Assembly (NCBI RefSeq): GCF_963921235.1
Contig: NC_086109.1
Location: 9,178,001 to 9,242,000, forward strand
Reading direction: 5' to 3'
DNA: 64,000 nt
Origin: Mobula hypostoma
Taxonomy: Eukaryota
A model generated the notes under the pieces. It ran no database searches. It saw only the letters and a program-made list of their open reading frames with translations, and was not told the DNA's origin. Position numbers and translations under genes: made by a program. Of this stretch, positions 1 through 13,280 are shown in pieces. Each line of letters starts with the position of its first letter. The stretch's first letter is position 1.

Positions 1-306
1 AGGGATAACTTCTCTTGCCCCATCACTGAATTGTTCCCACAATCTATGAACGCACTTTCAAGGTCTCTTCATCTCATGTTCTTGATATTTTTTGCTTATT
101 TATTATTATTATTTCTTCTCTCTTTTTCCATCTGCACCGTTTGTTGACTTTTGCCCAGTGGTTGAACGCCCAGTTGGTGCGGTCTTTCATTGATCCGATT
201 AGGGTTATTATTGTATTATGGATTTATTGAGTATGCCCACAAGAAAATTAATCTCAGGGTTGTATGGTGACCTATATGTACTTTGATAATAAATTTACTT
301 TGAACT
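1..306 (+). mobile_element. 3' tail of a LINE (Rex/Babar-associated 3'UTR family), cut by window start
   Basis: Ends ...GTACTTTGATAATAAATTTACTTTGAACTT; the same tail follows Rex-like C-terminal coding remnants at ~57260-57945 and ~51400-51770. Confidence 0.6.
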
Positions 307-2544
307 TCAAAGTATAGACAAGAGGCCATAGAGGGGAGTTGACGGACGTGTGAGAGAGAACAAGGTGCAGACATACAGAGAAATAAGTAGAGAGGAAATG
401 GGAATGATGGGATTGCACTGCTAAGGACTGGTATGGACCTGATGGGCTGAAGGGTCTCTTATCAAAAAGAAAGTAAATAATATCTATTTTGTGTTAACCA
501 AGAGCTATTACAAATGGTGTTTGGGATCAAGGGGCTTTTGGCTCATTGGAAATGACCAAAGTTCGAAGTTCAAAGTGCATTTATTATCAAAGTATGTATA
601 CACTATACAATCTTGAGATTCATCTCCTTACAGGCAGCCACGAAACAGAGAAACCCAATAGATCCCATTAAAAAAAGGCCGCCAAACACCCAATGTGCAG
701 AGAAAAAAATACAAATTGTGCAAACAATAAAGATAAGCAAATAACATTCAGAACTGAAGCTCGTGAAAGTGAGTCCACAGCCTCCAAGCCAGTCACAGGT
801 GATTCAGGAGCCCGTTAGTTGCAGTTCACAGCCTCAGTTCAGCGCAGAGACAAGACAACCTTGTGGAGGAGAGGCCTGAACTGGTCCGTCCATCTCCTCC
901 AGCCTCAACACCCTGACCTTTTCAATACAGCCTGGTGCTTAAATCTGCTGAACCTCGATCCTTCCTCGGTCTCGAACCAGGGCCCTTCTGCTTCAATACA
1001 CTCTCAAGCACTGCCTCCCCCCACCTAGATTTGAACCAGCACTTAAATTGGTCAAAAATTGGGTCTTTCCTTGCTCTCCAGCCCAGTACGGTCATCTTGA
1101 TTCTGCCACGCTGCATCAAATTGCCTCGAAGTCTGATCCAGCAATGGCCAAACACAACTGGTTTATGACTGTCACATGTACCAAGGTAACAGTGAAAAGA
1201 TTTGCTTGTGTGTCATCCAGACAGATAATTCCAAACATACGTAAGTACTTTGCGGGAGCCCATAAGGGAAAAAATATCAGAGTGCAGAATATAGAGACAC
1301 TGTCCGAGAGAAAGCGCAGGTAGACAAATCAATGCAAGGGCCCTGAAGTAGACTGAGAGATTAGAGGTTCATCTCTATTATAGAAGCCGTCCTCTCAGGA
1401 AACCCAGGCTGTCCCCGAGCCTGCCGGTAAGTGTTCCCAGGCGTTTGTACCTTCTACTCTACGGCGGTGGGTTCTCGCTCTCGCAACTGACCGAGTGGCT
1501 TGGAAGACGTGCGCCTTGAGGGCGCGGCCCTGTGGCCAACCCGATTCCTTGCCAATGTCGCCAAGTGAAGTGTCGGGTGAGATTGAACCATCGAGACAGC
1601 GGGCACGGCTGTTGGAGGCCTCTACACTCTCTCTCCCTCGATAGCAAGCGAGAGCCTGCTGGTTCTCGAGACGGGGAACTCGAATAAGCAACGCTCCAGA
1701 TCGTAACATCGAAACTGGCCTCTTAGTGATAGAGAGCCTGTTTGTGATGTCAAAGTGTTAGCATGGACAGTAGTTTTGGACGGACTCTAGATTGTGGTCT
1801 CTGGGGGCTTTGCTATTGCTTGCATGGTGGTGGTGGGGGGGGGTGATGCTTTTGCTGGAGAAAGTGGGTGGGTTAATCCTTTTGCGGCTACTTTTGTGTG
1901 GGGCAGGGGAGGGAGCTTTGGGGTTTTAACATTTTTCTGTCATTCATTCTTTGGGCTTTTTTCTCTCTGTTTTGAGGATGTCTGTGAAGAGTAAGAATTT
2001 CAGGCTGTATACTGTATACATTCTCTGATATTAAATGGAACCATTGAAGGGGGGGAGAAGAGAGAATGACTGGGGTGGGTGTGGACCTTGACTTTTTTAA
2101 AACCAAAATAAACTTTATTCATAATTTTAAGAACTATTTACAAGAATAAACTGTGCAATCCCTTGTCATTTTTACATTCGTGGACAACGATCAACATTTT
2201 TGTTCTATTGCATATCCTAAAACCAAAAGCACTCCAGAGGGCCCTCATGTGGTACACTTGGCCCTTGATTGTTTTCCCGAGGCAGTGGGAAGCGGAGACA
2301 GGTCAGTGCAGGGGAGGCTGTCTTCTGCTGGATCTAAACCACATTTAGGCTTACACCATGGTGTGAACCGCTGAAGTCGAGAATCTGATCTGCCCTGTGA
2401 TGTTGCTGCTGTCTTTATACTCCCCTCGTCACAGCATTTTGTTACATTCCACGGACCCACCACCAGTCCATGGCATGGTGAAGCTTCACAATACTACTTC
2501 CTGATCTCTCATCTGTTTAAACTCACAAAATAAACACCACAATA

Positions 2545-4035
2545 AATTAGCTGTACAAGTGGTTAAGAAGGCACATGTGCCATTGGGGGTGACTGAGTTC
2601 AAGAGCCACGAGGTAACACTGCAGCTCTCTAAAAGTCTGCTTAGACCACACTCAGGAGTATTGTGTTCAGTTCTGGTTGCTTCATTATGGGAAGGACATG
2701 GAAGATTTAGGGAGGGTGCAGAGGAGATTTACCAGGATGCTGCCCGGATTAAAGAACATTGTCTTATGAGGACAGGTGGAGTGAGCTACGGCTTCTTTCT
2801 TTGGAGTGAAGGAGGGTGAGGGGCGACTTGATGGAGGTGTATCAGACGATAAGAGGCACAAATAGAATGGACAACCAGAGACTTTTTCCTCATGCAGAAA
2901 TAGTTAATATGAGGGGGTATACTTTTAAGGTAATTGGAGGAAGGTATGAGGGGGATATCAGAGGTAGATTTTTTTTTAGACAAAGTGGTGAGTGCATGAA
3001 ATACACTGCCAAGAGTAGTGGTTTATAAGAACATAAGAAATAAGGAGCAGGAGTAGGCCACACGACCCATCGAGCCTGCTCCACCATTCAATAAGATCAT
3101 GTCCCTTAATTCCCCTAATCTATCCAACCTTGTCTTAAATATATTTACTGAGGTAGCCTCCACTGCTTCAGATTCCACAGAGTCACCACTCTTTGGGAAA
3201 AGCAGTTCCTCTTCATCTCCGTCCTAATTCTACTCCTCTGAATCTTGAGGCTATGTCCCCGAGTTCTGGTCTCACCTACCAGTGGAAACAACTTTCCTGC
3301 TTCTATCTTCATCTATTCCTGTCATAATTTTATATGTTTCTGTAAGATCTCGTCTCATTCTTCAAAATTCCAGCAAGTACAGTCCCAGCTGACTCAATCT
3401 CTCCTCATAGTCTAACCTCCTCATCTCTGGAATTAACCTGGTGAACCTCCCCTGCACTGCCTCTGAAGCCAGTATATCCTTCCTCAAGTACGAAGACTCG
3501 AACTGCACGCAGTAGTCCAGGTGTGGCCTCACCAGTACCCTGTACAGTTGCAGCATAACCTCCCTGCTCTTAAATTCAATCCCTCTGGCAATGAAGGCCA
3601 ACACTCCATTTGCCTTCCTGATAGCCTGCTGCACCTGCAAACCCACCTTTTGTGATTCATGCACAAGCACTCCCAAGTCCCATTGCACAGTAGCAAGCTG
3701 CAATTTTTTTTTTACCATTTAAATAATAATCTGCTCATCCATTTTCCCTTCCAAAGTGCATAAACTTGCATTTACCAACATTGTACCCATCTGCCATACC
3801 CTAGCCCACTCACTTAACCTATCTACATCTCTCTGCAGACTCTCCGTATCTTCTGCACAATTTGCTTTTCCATTCAATTAGGTACATTTAAGAACCTCTT
3901 AGGTAGGTACATGGATGAAAGAAAAATACAAGACTATTTTGAAGGGAAGGGTTAGATTAATCTTGGAGAAGATTTAAATGTCAGCACACATTGTTGGCCA
4001 AAGGCCTGTACTGTTTTGCAATGTTCTACATTCTG
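2545..4035. mobile_element. Nested CR1 LINE fragments: a + strand 3' fragment (~2545-3022 and ~3880-4035) split by a - strand CR1 (~3024-3879)
   Basis: ORF 3362-3718(-) contains DLGVLV...LYRVLVRPHLDYCVQF...VQGRFTRLIP (CR1 RT C-terminus); ORF 2816-3028(+) MRGDLMEVYQTIRG; ATAAGAAC-type tail at ~3024. Confidence 0.85.
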
Positions 4036-4252
4036 TGAAATCCTAGTGTTAATGTAACCTTAGTTGAAGAGCTTGATGCAGAAATTGGGTTTCATTGGAC
4101 AATATAAACTAGTGTAAGCAGTTGTGATTGGATGTATTCAGGGAGATTTATCATGTGACCTCCCAGGCAAATTATTTCACCCTCAATATCACCCCACACC
4201 CTTCCCACTACCATCAATGCATGACCTCATCCCCCTTGCCTTCCCTACTAAC

Positions 4253-4593
4253 CAATGTCCCCTCTAATTTTTTTTTAAAACAGCTGCACAGACCAGCCAA
4301 TGATCTGAGCAGGAAATTTTGACAAGGCCTGAAAACTGCATGGCACTTTCAAAGTTTTTTTAAAATAATATTTGTACTATGAATATTTAGAATCAAAATT
4401 GAAAAATCATACACATTTGATTTTATTAATTGAAGGGTATAATGAAATGCAGTATAACAAAGAAAATCTTTCATGTTTCGTAAACTTTTTCTTGCTGTGT
4501 CCAATTCTAGCTACGCGGCAACAAAGGCCACGTGCGCGGGAGCATTTTGGTTACCGTGTGGCTGTGCACCCGCACAGCTTAGAGGGAACAGTG
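4253..4593. mobile_element. hAT-type MITE (CAATGTTCCCTCTAA TIR family)
   Basis: Termini CAATGTCCCCTCTAA / TTAGAGGGAACAGTG; flanks CTACTAAC / CTACTACT (degenerate 8-bp TSD); same TIR as the hAT derivative at 22999-24037. Confidence 0.75.
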
Positions 4594-4944
4594 CTACTAC
4601 TTGAAAAACTAAAGGTCTCCCAGATAGCTAACACTTCTTGTTTTCTCCCCCATCTCTCATTATTTTTAAAAAAAAATCTGTTATAATCCAGCCAAGTGTG
4701 AGGTGTTGCACTTTGGGAGAACGAGAGGGAGATGACACAGTTAATGGCAGGACCCTGCACAGTGTCGATGTACAGAGGGAACTTGTGGACTTGAAAGTGG
4801 CTGTACAGGTTGATACAATGGTAATTGAGGTAGACGATGCACTTGCCTTTTTAATTGAGGACGTTATGCCACAACTTTACAAAACATTGGCTAGGCTGCA
4901 TCTAGAGTATTTTATTTAGTTCCGGTCGTTCCAGTATAGGACGA

Positions 4945-5240
4945 AAGTAAGATGAGCTTTATTTGTCACAAGTATCTTGAGACATACAGCAAAAAGACAT
5001 TATTTGCATTAATGACCAACACAGTCCGAGGATGTGCTGGGGGCAGCCTGCAAGTGTCACGACGGCAGGCCCACAGCTTACTAACCCTAACCCTACGCTT
5101 TTGGAGTGTGGGAGGAAACCCACACAGTCACAAGGATAACGCACAAACTCCTCACAGACAGTGGTAGCAATTGAACCCTGATCCTGAGCACTGGCACTGT
5201 GAAGCCTTCAGCTGTCTGCTGCGCTAAGGTGCGGCCCTGG
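4945..5240 (-). mobile_element. Degenerate tRNA-derived V-domain SINE
   Basis: Reverse complement carries GAGTTTGTGCG...GTGGGTTTCCTCCCACA core, as in the SINE at 29341. Confidence 0.6.
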
Positions 5241-5419
5241 TTGAGTAGAACTGGAGATCAATGGCTTAGGGTTTCAAGTTGAATCCTACCTCAAGATAGC
5301 ATTGCTCTGCTCCAGTAATCACGAGATTGTCAAAGACTATTCGGATTGCGCCTCTAGGTCTAAATCCCAGAGCTCCCTCCCCAACAGCACTGTGGGAGCA
5401 AATAAACTCCATGTGAGTG

Positions 5420-6105
5420 TATATATCAGTGGTCTTCTGCTGATGCACTTCAAGTTTCAATGTGTCGTACATTTAGAGATGCTCTTCTGCACACCACTGT
5501 TGTAATGCGTGGTTATTTCAGTTACTGTCACCTTCCTGTCAGCTTGAACCAGACTGGCCATTCTCCTCTGACCTCTCTCATTCACAAAGCACTTTTACCC
5601 ACAGAACTGCCACTCACTGGACCCCTCGGTTAATGGTAGAGGCGGTCCATGGCATAAAAAGGGCTGGGAATCCCTGCTCTAAGAGGCCGTTGTGCACGAA
5701 AATCCCAGGAGATCACCAGTTTCTGAGATATTCAAGCCACCCTGTCTGGCACCAACAATCATTCCACGGTCAAAGTAACTTAGATCACATTTCTTACCCA
5801 TTCTGCTGTTTGGTCTGAACAACAACTGAACCTCTTGACCATGTCTGTGTGCTTGTCATAGTCATAGTCATACTTTATTGATCCCGGGGGAAATTGGTTT
5901 TTGTTACAGTTGCACCATAAATAATTAAATAGTAATAAAACCATAAATAGTTAAATAGTAATATGTAAATTACGCCAGGAAATAAGTCCAGGACCAGCCT
6001 ATTGGCTCAGGGTGTCTGACCCTGCCTCATGCCTCATGATTGGCTGATTAGATATTTGCAGTAACGAGTACGTGTGAGTACCTAATAAAGTGGCCACTGA
6101 GTGTA
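5420..6105 (-). mobile_element. Tc1-like transposon remnant containing a partial MITE (~5617-5677) and a Rex 3' tail (~5857-6021)
   Basis: Ends GTACCTAATAAAGTGGCCACTGAGTG-TA; internally similar to the Tc1 copy at 60259-60740. Confidence 0.7.
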
Positions 6106-6798
6106 GCTGGCTCACCGTGACTTTTCCAAGGTTGAGCAATAAACACTGAACTTGACAGTGAAGGCTGCGGCACAAGAAATGAATAAATAACATTTGATAT
6201 ATTCAAGGCCACTTTGTATTTGGTCACTTTCACAAACCATCAACTTGTCTGATTTAGTTACTTTGCCTTTAATCTCATTTGCAGTTTGTGACTTACAAGG
6301 CTCCAATCTAAAGTCTACATCTTGTTTTAATCTCTCCCAACATTCTTGTCTCTGCTTTGTTCTGTTCTATGGAAACAATAACTTCTATTTACACCTAGTA
6401 ACAGACATATGGTTTAGTAAATTCTGGACATGCAAAGTTGGCACTGAAAACACAAAGACCCTTGTGGGCTGCCCCAGCACATCCTCAGACTGTGTTGGTT
6501 GCTGACACAAACTATTAATTTCATTGTTATGTTTTGATGTTTCAAATGTATATGTGACAAATTAGGCTAATCTTTAAAGCCTTTACCAATTTACCGGTTT
6601 AGACTCAGCAGACTAGCTTCCCTGGACTGCAGGGTTGTGAGTTGTCTCCTGTCTATCCTCAAAGCATCATCTTCAGGCACTTGTGGGGGTGAGAAGTTTG
6701 GCTTCAAGCTTTGCCTAGGAAGAACGAATGCGGCTTCATCCGAACAAGGTCAGAGTAAGATAGGCACATCATTCTGCGATCTTATTGTTAGCACCAAG

Positions 6799-9282
6799 TA
6801 CTGTTCCCTCTAAACTGCGCGGGTGCGTGGCCACACAATTGCTGCAATGCCCCCGCGCACGTAGCCTTTGTTGCCATGCAGTTAGAAAAAGTTTATGAAA
6901 CATGAAATCTTTCATTGTTTCTGCTTCCCAAGTATAGCCAGGTCATTAAACATGTGAAACCCACGATGAAGGCTATTAACATCTGGCTGGAGGGGGCTGA
7001 CTCTGCTCTTCAGCACCAATTCCAGCACACAGACTGGAGCCCGTTTGCTGCCCATGCCACCACAGACTCTCAGATCAACATTGACTTATATACCAACTCT
7101 GTCCTTGAGCACATCAACAAGTGTGTAGATAGAGTGACATCACAAAAAGAAATAAAGTTTTCCCCAATCAGAAACCATGGATGAACAGAGAAGTTCGCCT
7201 CCTGCTCAAAGCCAGAGATTCAGCCTTCAGGTCTGGAGACCGGGAGGCTGACAGCTCAGCCAGGGCCAACCTGAGGAGGGGAATCTCTCAGGCTAAACAC
7301 ATATACAAACAGAGGATCGAGGAGCAATTCAACTTCTCGGGCCCCCGGCCCATGTGGCATGGCATACAGATTATTAGACTTCAAACCACCTGGTACTGTG
7401 CCCCCTTCCAGCTCTGCTTCCCTCCCTGATGAGCTCAATTACTCCTACGCTCGCATTGACTGAGAGAACAAGGAGGTCACCCTCAAAGCGGATCTCCCAC
7501 CGGGTGAACTGCCTCTCACACTTTCCACCTCCGATGTTTACGCCACCCTGAGCAGGGTGAATGTACGGAAGGCAGCTGGTCCAGATGGAATACCTGGTCA
7601 TGTGCTCAGAGTCTGTGCAGGGCAGTTGGCCAGGGTCTTCACGGACATTTTTAATCTGTCCCTGGCCCAGGCAGTTGCCCCCACAAGCTTCAAGATTACC
7701 ACCATCGTGCCAGTGCTGAAGCATTCCACTGCCACGGGCCTGAATGACTTCAGTCCAGTTGCACTCACCCCCATCATTGCAAAGTGCTTTGAGAGACTGG
7801 TTCTATCACATCTGAAATCCTGTCTGCCCAGTACCCTGGACCCCCATCAATTTGCCTATCGCACCAACAGGTCAACAGAGGATGCCATCTCCAAGGCGCT
7901 TCACTCTGCCCTGACCCACCTGGACAGCCCCAACTCTTACGTCAGAATGCTGTTCATTGACTTTAGTTCGGCATTCAATACTGTGATCCCCTCTATGCTG
8001 ATCGCCAAACTTCGCCAGCTTGGTATCAGCTCATCCCTCTGCAAATGGACCTTGGACTTTCTGACTAACAGACACGAATTAGTTAAGTTAGACAACCTCT
8101 CCTCCTCCACTCTCACCCTGAACACCGGCGTGCCTCAAGGCTGTGTGCCGAGCCCTTTTCTGTATTCCATTTTCACCTATGACTGCATTCCTGTACATGG
8201 TTCTAACTCCATAATCAAGTTCACAGACGACACCATGGTGGTTGGTCTGATCAGAGGGGATGACGAGACGGCCTACAGGGATGAGGTCCAGCACCTGGCC
8301 GCATGGTGTGCTGACAACAATCTGGCCCTAACACCCAGAAGACCAAGGAGATTATTGTGGACTTCTGGCATGCTAGGAGCCACACTCACGTGCCCATCTA
8401 CATCAACGGAGCTGTAGTGGAGCCTGTATCAAGCTTCAAATTCCTTGGTGTCCACATTTCTGAGGATCTCACCTGGTCCCTGAACTCCTCCACCCTGATC
8501 AAAAAGGTGCAACAGTGCCTTTATTTCCTGCACAGCATCAAGAAAGCCCACCTCTGGATACTGACGGATTTTTACCGCTGTACCATTGAGAGCATACTCA
8601 CCAACTGCATCTCAGTGTGGTATGGCAATTGTCCCGTATTGGGCCGCAAAGCACTCCAGTGTGTGGTGAAAACTGCCCAGTGGATTATTGGCACCCAATT
8701 GCCCACCATTGAGAACATCTACCATAAACGCTGCCTGGGCAGGGCGAAAAGCATTATCAAGGATGCATCTCACCCTAACCATGGACTTTTTACTCTCCTC
8801 CCATCCGGTAGGCGCTACAGGAGCCTCCGCTCCCGCACCAGCAGGCACAGGAAGAGCTTCTTCCCTGAGGCTGTGACCCTGCTGAACCTCACACCACAGC
8901 GCTAAGCAGTATTGCACCCATATTGTACTGTCTCAGTACTTTTATATTTGTGTGCTGTAGCACTTACTTTTTATTCGCAGTTATTTTGTAAATAACACGA
9001 TTCTTTGCATTTCTGGTTAGATGCTAACTGCATTTCATTGGCTTTGTATCTGTACTCGGCACAATGACAATAAGGTCGAATCTATCTATTTTCACTATAC
9101 CTTTCAATTAATAAATAAAATCAAAAGTATGTGATTTTAAAATTTTCATTCTAAATATTCATAGTATGCATATCCCAAAAAAAACATTTAAAGTGCTGCA
9201 CAGTTTTCAGACCATGTAAAAATTTCCTGCTCAGAGCAGTAGTTGGTCTGTGCAGCTGTAAAACAAAATAGAGGAAACATTG
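6799..9282. mobile_element. hAT-type MITE split by a Rex LINE insertion
   Basis: 6799-6912 plus 9090-9282 together match the reverse complement of MITE 4253-4593; flanks GCACCAAG / GTACCGAG (6/8). Confidence 0.75.
6913..9089 (+). mobile_element. 5'-truncated, frameshifted Rex1/Babar-type LINE (reverse transcriptase pseudogene)
   Basis: ORFs 6915-7184, 7181-7429, 7557-8417 ([42 protein letters not shown]) and 8357-8905 in shifting frames; 3' tail TCTATCTAT. Confidence 0.92.
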
Positions 9283-9459
9283 GTACCGAGGATTTCCATG
9301 TTTGGGGGTCTTGCCAGGATAGATGCAGCCAAGTAGGCCGTGAGAAGCTTAGAAACAAACTTGTAACTTGATTTATGAAAAACCCACAGAAAGCACTCTT
9401 TATTTAATGTAAAAGCAACTGTGGGAGATGGTGCACCCTTCTCCAAAGACAAGAAATCT

Positions 9460-9815
9460 TAAACACAAGAGATACTGCAGATGATTGAAATCTGGAGCAA
9501 CAAACAGAAAATGCAGGAGGAACTCTGCAGAGATGGCAGCATCAAAGGAAATGAATAAATAGTCCATGTTTTGGGCCGAGACCCTTCTCCAGGATTGGAA
9601 AGGAAGGGGGAGGATGCCAGAATTAGAAGGTGGGGAGAGGGGGAAGATGTACAAGCTGGCAGGTGATAGATGAGGCCAGATGAGAGGGAAGGTAGGTGGG
9701 TGGGAGAGGGCTGGTGAAGCGAGAAGCTGGGAGGCGATAGACGTAAAAAGTAAGAGAGTTGAAGATGAAGGAATCTGATAGGAGACAAGAGAATCTGCAG
9801 ATGCTGGAAATCCAG
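9460..9815 (-). mobile_element. Old Penelope-like 3' terminal fragment (hammerhead motif decayed)
   Basis: Similar to 25410-25815 (CTGCAGATG...GGAGGAACTC...TTTTGGGCCGAGACCCTTC...CAGGA, then purine-rich tract). Confidence 0.65.
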
Positions 9816-10631
9816 AACTGAAGAAGAAATCTTTCTGTCCCAGTGCAAGTTCTTCAGTCTGATCCAACTTTTGCAGACATTTTTCTTTTGGGGATCATTT
9901 TGCTGACTGATCCCAAAAAGCAGTCCCAGCCACTGTTATAAGACCGTAAGACATAGGAACAGAATTAGGCCATTTGGCCCATCGAGCCTGTACCACCATT
10001 TCATCATGGCTGATCCATTTTCCCTCTCAGCCCCAATCTCCTGCCTTCTCCCTGTACCCCTTCATGCCCTGACTAATCAAGAATCTATCAACCTCTGCAT
10101 TAAATATACCCAGTGAATTGGCCTCCACCGTCACCTGTGGCAATGAATTCCACAGATTCAGCACTCTCTGGCATATCTGCCAAAAGATGTGTTATTTTCT
10201 TTGAATCGTAAGGAAGTTCAATGCAACACTGAACACTGTAAAAAACGTTTGGAGACGCACTATTGAAAGTATCCTGACTGGTTGCATCATGGTTCAATTA
10301 AATGGCAGGAATGCGTACCACATACAACCTGAAATCCTTATTTTTCACAGACATCCACGAAACAGAGAGAAAAAGGAACAAAGAATGAGTGACAGAAACC
10401 CAAAGCCCCCTCCCTCCTCCCACGCACAAGCATCAACACCCCCCTCCCACTAGTTCCAGCAGAAAACATCAGCCCCCCCCCCACCAATCACCAAGCAATA
10501 GCAAGCCCCCAAAGATCACGATCCGTAGTCCAACATAAACTACTGTTCATCCACACACTTCGACTTCTCAGTAGGTCCTCTCTCTCACTAACGAGGGAGA
10601 GGGAGATATCACTCCTGCCACAGCGAGAGGG

Positions 10632-10918
<287 letters not shown>

Positions 10919-11761
10919 CGCGCGAGCGAGAATGATCACCCAAGTGCAGAGGCCTCTGACAGCCGCACCCCCTGTCTCGCTGTTCTGATCCCCGGTCTGG
11001 TACAGCAATTTGCACGTGCAGGAACACCGGTATGTGTTATAAAGTGGCCATTGAGTGTATGTTTTGGCAAAGAGTGGATTGCATCAAATAAGCTATCTTT
11101 TCAATCCTTTGTACTCTTCATTCCAGATCGTAAAATTGCAGACTTGTTTTTTGTCCTTGCAGAAAGAGCACGTTTGTTTTGTTTTGCTCGACTGTCTCTG
11201 GAAGCATCACTTCTGGGAGGTCTGCAGATGGGAATGTTCATACACTGACCCGAGTCAGCCTTCCATTCCCACTCCCCTTCTCCACGAGGCCAGATGTTTT
11301 GTTTCTTTGTCCCCGGAAGCTGCCGCTAAGAAGAATCTGCTCTTTCATCGAGAGCCACCAGGCACTCGCTCCCCTTCATCTTTTTCCCATTCCTTCGGAA
11401 AGCCTCTCTGGGTGTGAGCTGAACTACTTCCCAGTGAGGCTGGAAAGTCCCCACTTCTGCTTGAAGAAGGGATCTTCACGTACGCAAATGTAACCCCATT
11501 CAATCCTTCTGGCTCTTAGAACTGCACAGCGCTTCATATGAAAGAAAATTCCAGACGCGCAGCAACTAAGGCTATGTGCACGGGAGCATTTCAGTTACTG
11601 CACTGCCATGCACCCGCCCAGCTTAGCGGGAACAGTGAAGCCCACGCTGTTTCAGTAAGTACGCTCCATCTATCTCAATGCACCGTGTAGTGATTTGATC
11701 TGTATGAACAGTGTTCAAGAAAGCTCTTCACTACATTTTGGTACATGTGACAATAATAAAG

Positions 11762-12430
11762 ATGTCATCATCATCATTATGTGCTGTGTCGTACGATATC
11801 ATCATTATGTGCCGTTTTGTATGACATCATCATTACATGCCATGTTGTATGATGTGGGTGATCATGGTCTGCTGACCATGATTGTTCTTGATAAATTTTT
11901 CCACAGAAGTCGTTCGCCATTGCCTTCTTCTGGGCAGTGTCTTTACAAGATTGGTGACCCCAGCCATCATCAATACTCTTCAGAGATTGTCTGCCTGGTG
12001 TCAGTGGTCACATAACCAGGAGTTGTGATATGCACCGTCTGCTCATAAGTGTGGTAACTTCTACTTTGAAAAAGGCACACTCGACAACTTCATGCCCAAA
12101 GGAACAACTTTATCTCAAACGTCAAAACCGATATTTATATTCAGAGGCTTTCACAACCCGTAAGGCACGGCAGGAGCACTATTATACAAAGCACACCGGA
12201 AGTAAAATCCCGCCAACCCCGGAACCAGCCCCTCTTTAAACAGCTTCCTGATTAGTATTATCTTCACATTACAACAATATGACCATCCACCACCCACTCC
12301 CGCGGCTTCACATGACCCTGATCAGGGTGGAGGTGGGAGGGGGGGCTAAGCAGGTGCTTCACCTTGCCCGAGGCTGAGCCACAGGTTAGCGGAGGGAAGG
12401 GGGTCCTTTGGTACCGACGCATCTCCACCC
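11762..12430 (-). mobile_element. RTE-related SINE-like element interrupted by a solo LTR
   Basis: Reverse complement contains GAAGGCAATGGCGAAC (RTE/BovB-like motif) and a (GAT)n tail; same family at 37433-37773 and 48548-48733. Confidence 0.65.
12050..12276. mobile_element. Putative 227-bp solo LTR
   Basis: TGTGGTAA...TTACAACA termini (7/8 inverted); flanks ATAAG / ATATG; removing it restores the host repeat CTGCTCATATGACC. Confidence 0.7.
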
Positions 12431-13008
12431 CGCAATACCAACTACAAGTGAAGAAGCAACATGCATCAAAGATCCCCACCAAGCCATCTTCCACAGCCAC
12501 CATCGGGCAGCACGTACAGAATCCTGAAGTCCAACGCCACCAGGTTCAAGTACAGCTACTTCCCTTCAACAGTTTGTTTTTTTAATATGATTTTTTAAAA
12601 ATTTATTTTTAAATTTTAGAGACACAGCACAGTAACAGGCTCTTCCGACCCCATGAGCACGCACCACCCGATTTACACCCACGCGATCTTCGGGTTGTGG
12701 GAAGAAACCGACATGGTCACTGGAAGAAAGTTCAAGCGCTTTACAGACAGCGGTGGGAATTGAACCTGGGTCGTCGGTGCTGTAATAGCGTTACAAGAAT
12801 GGCTACGGCACTGTGCTGCCGAACCCGTGTGACCCTAGTCACTACCTCAGTCAGCAGTAGCACTAAGGGCACCTCGCACTACAATGGACTGTTTTTGTTC
12901 TAATTATGTTCTTCCTAGCAAAAAAAAATGTATCTATAATCAATGTTTAATAAATGCTGTTGTGTATGCTGCTTATATGATGCCCTGCATCTGTGATGCT
13001 GCTGTAAA

Positions 13009-13280
13009 CACGAGGAATTCTGCAGATGCTGGAATTTCAAGCAACACACATCAAAGTTGCTGGTGAACCCAGCAGGCCAGGCAGCATCTCTAGGAAGAGG
13101 TACAGTCGACGTTTCGGGCCGAGACCCTTCGTCAGGACTGACTGAAAGAAGAGTTAGTAAGAGATTACAAGCTCTTCTTTCAGTCAGTCCTGACGAAGGG
13201 TCTCGGCCCAAAACATCGACTGTACCTCTTCCTATACATGCTGCCTGGCCTGCTGCGTTCACCAGCAACTTTGATGTGTG
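13009..13280 (-). mobile_element. Penelope-like terminal-repeat fold-back insertion
   Basis: Inverted arms 13045-13160 and 13165-13280 with a 4-nt loop; 17-bp TSD TGTGATGC(T/C)GCTGTAAA at 12992-13008 and 13277-13293. Confidence 0.85.
13103..13140 (-). ncRNA. Minimal type-I hammerhead ribozyme motif (intact core)
   Basis: Minus strand reads CAGUC CUGACGA A GGGU CUCG GCCC GAAAC GUC GACUG: helix I CAGUC/GACUG, conserved CUGANGA and GAAA, GUC cleavage triplet. Confidence 0.75.

Noticed and set aside
8357..8905. Possible ALKBH8 N-terminal (DUF1891)-like gene
   Set aside because: This is the C-terminal region of the Rex1/Babar ORF, contiguous with RT and the LINE tail.
11060..11540. Overlapping ORFs in unique-looking sequence (also 14113-14349, 21203-21567, 26611-26814, 50025-50569)
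   Set aside because: No recognisable protein and no consistent exon boundaries.
13045..13280. Hairpins read as MITEs or miRNA genes
   Set aside because: Asymmetric tail, long variable TSDs and identity to the sequence downstream of the GIY-YIG remnant indicate retroelement origin; arms are too long and multi-copy for a miRNA call.
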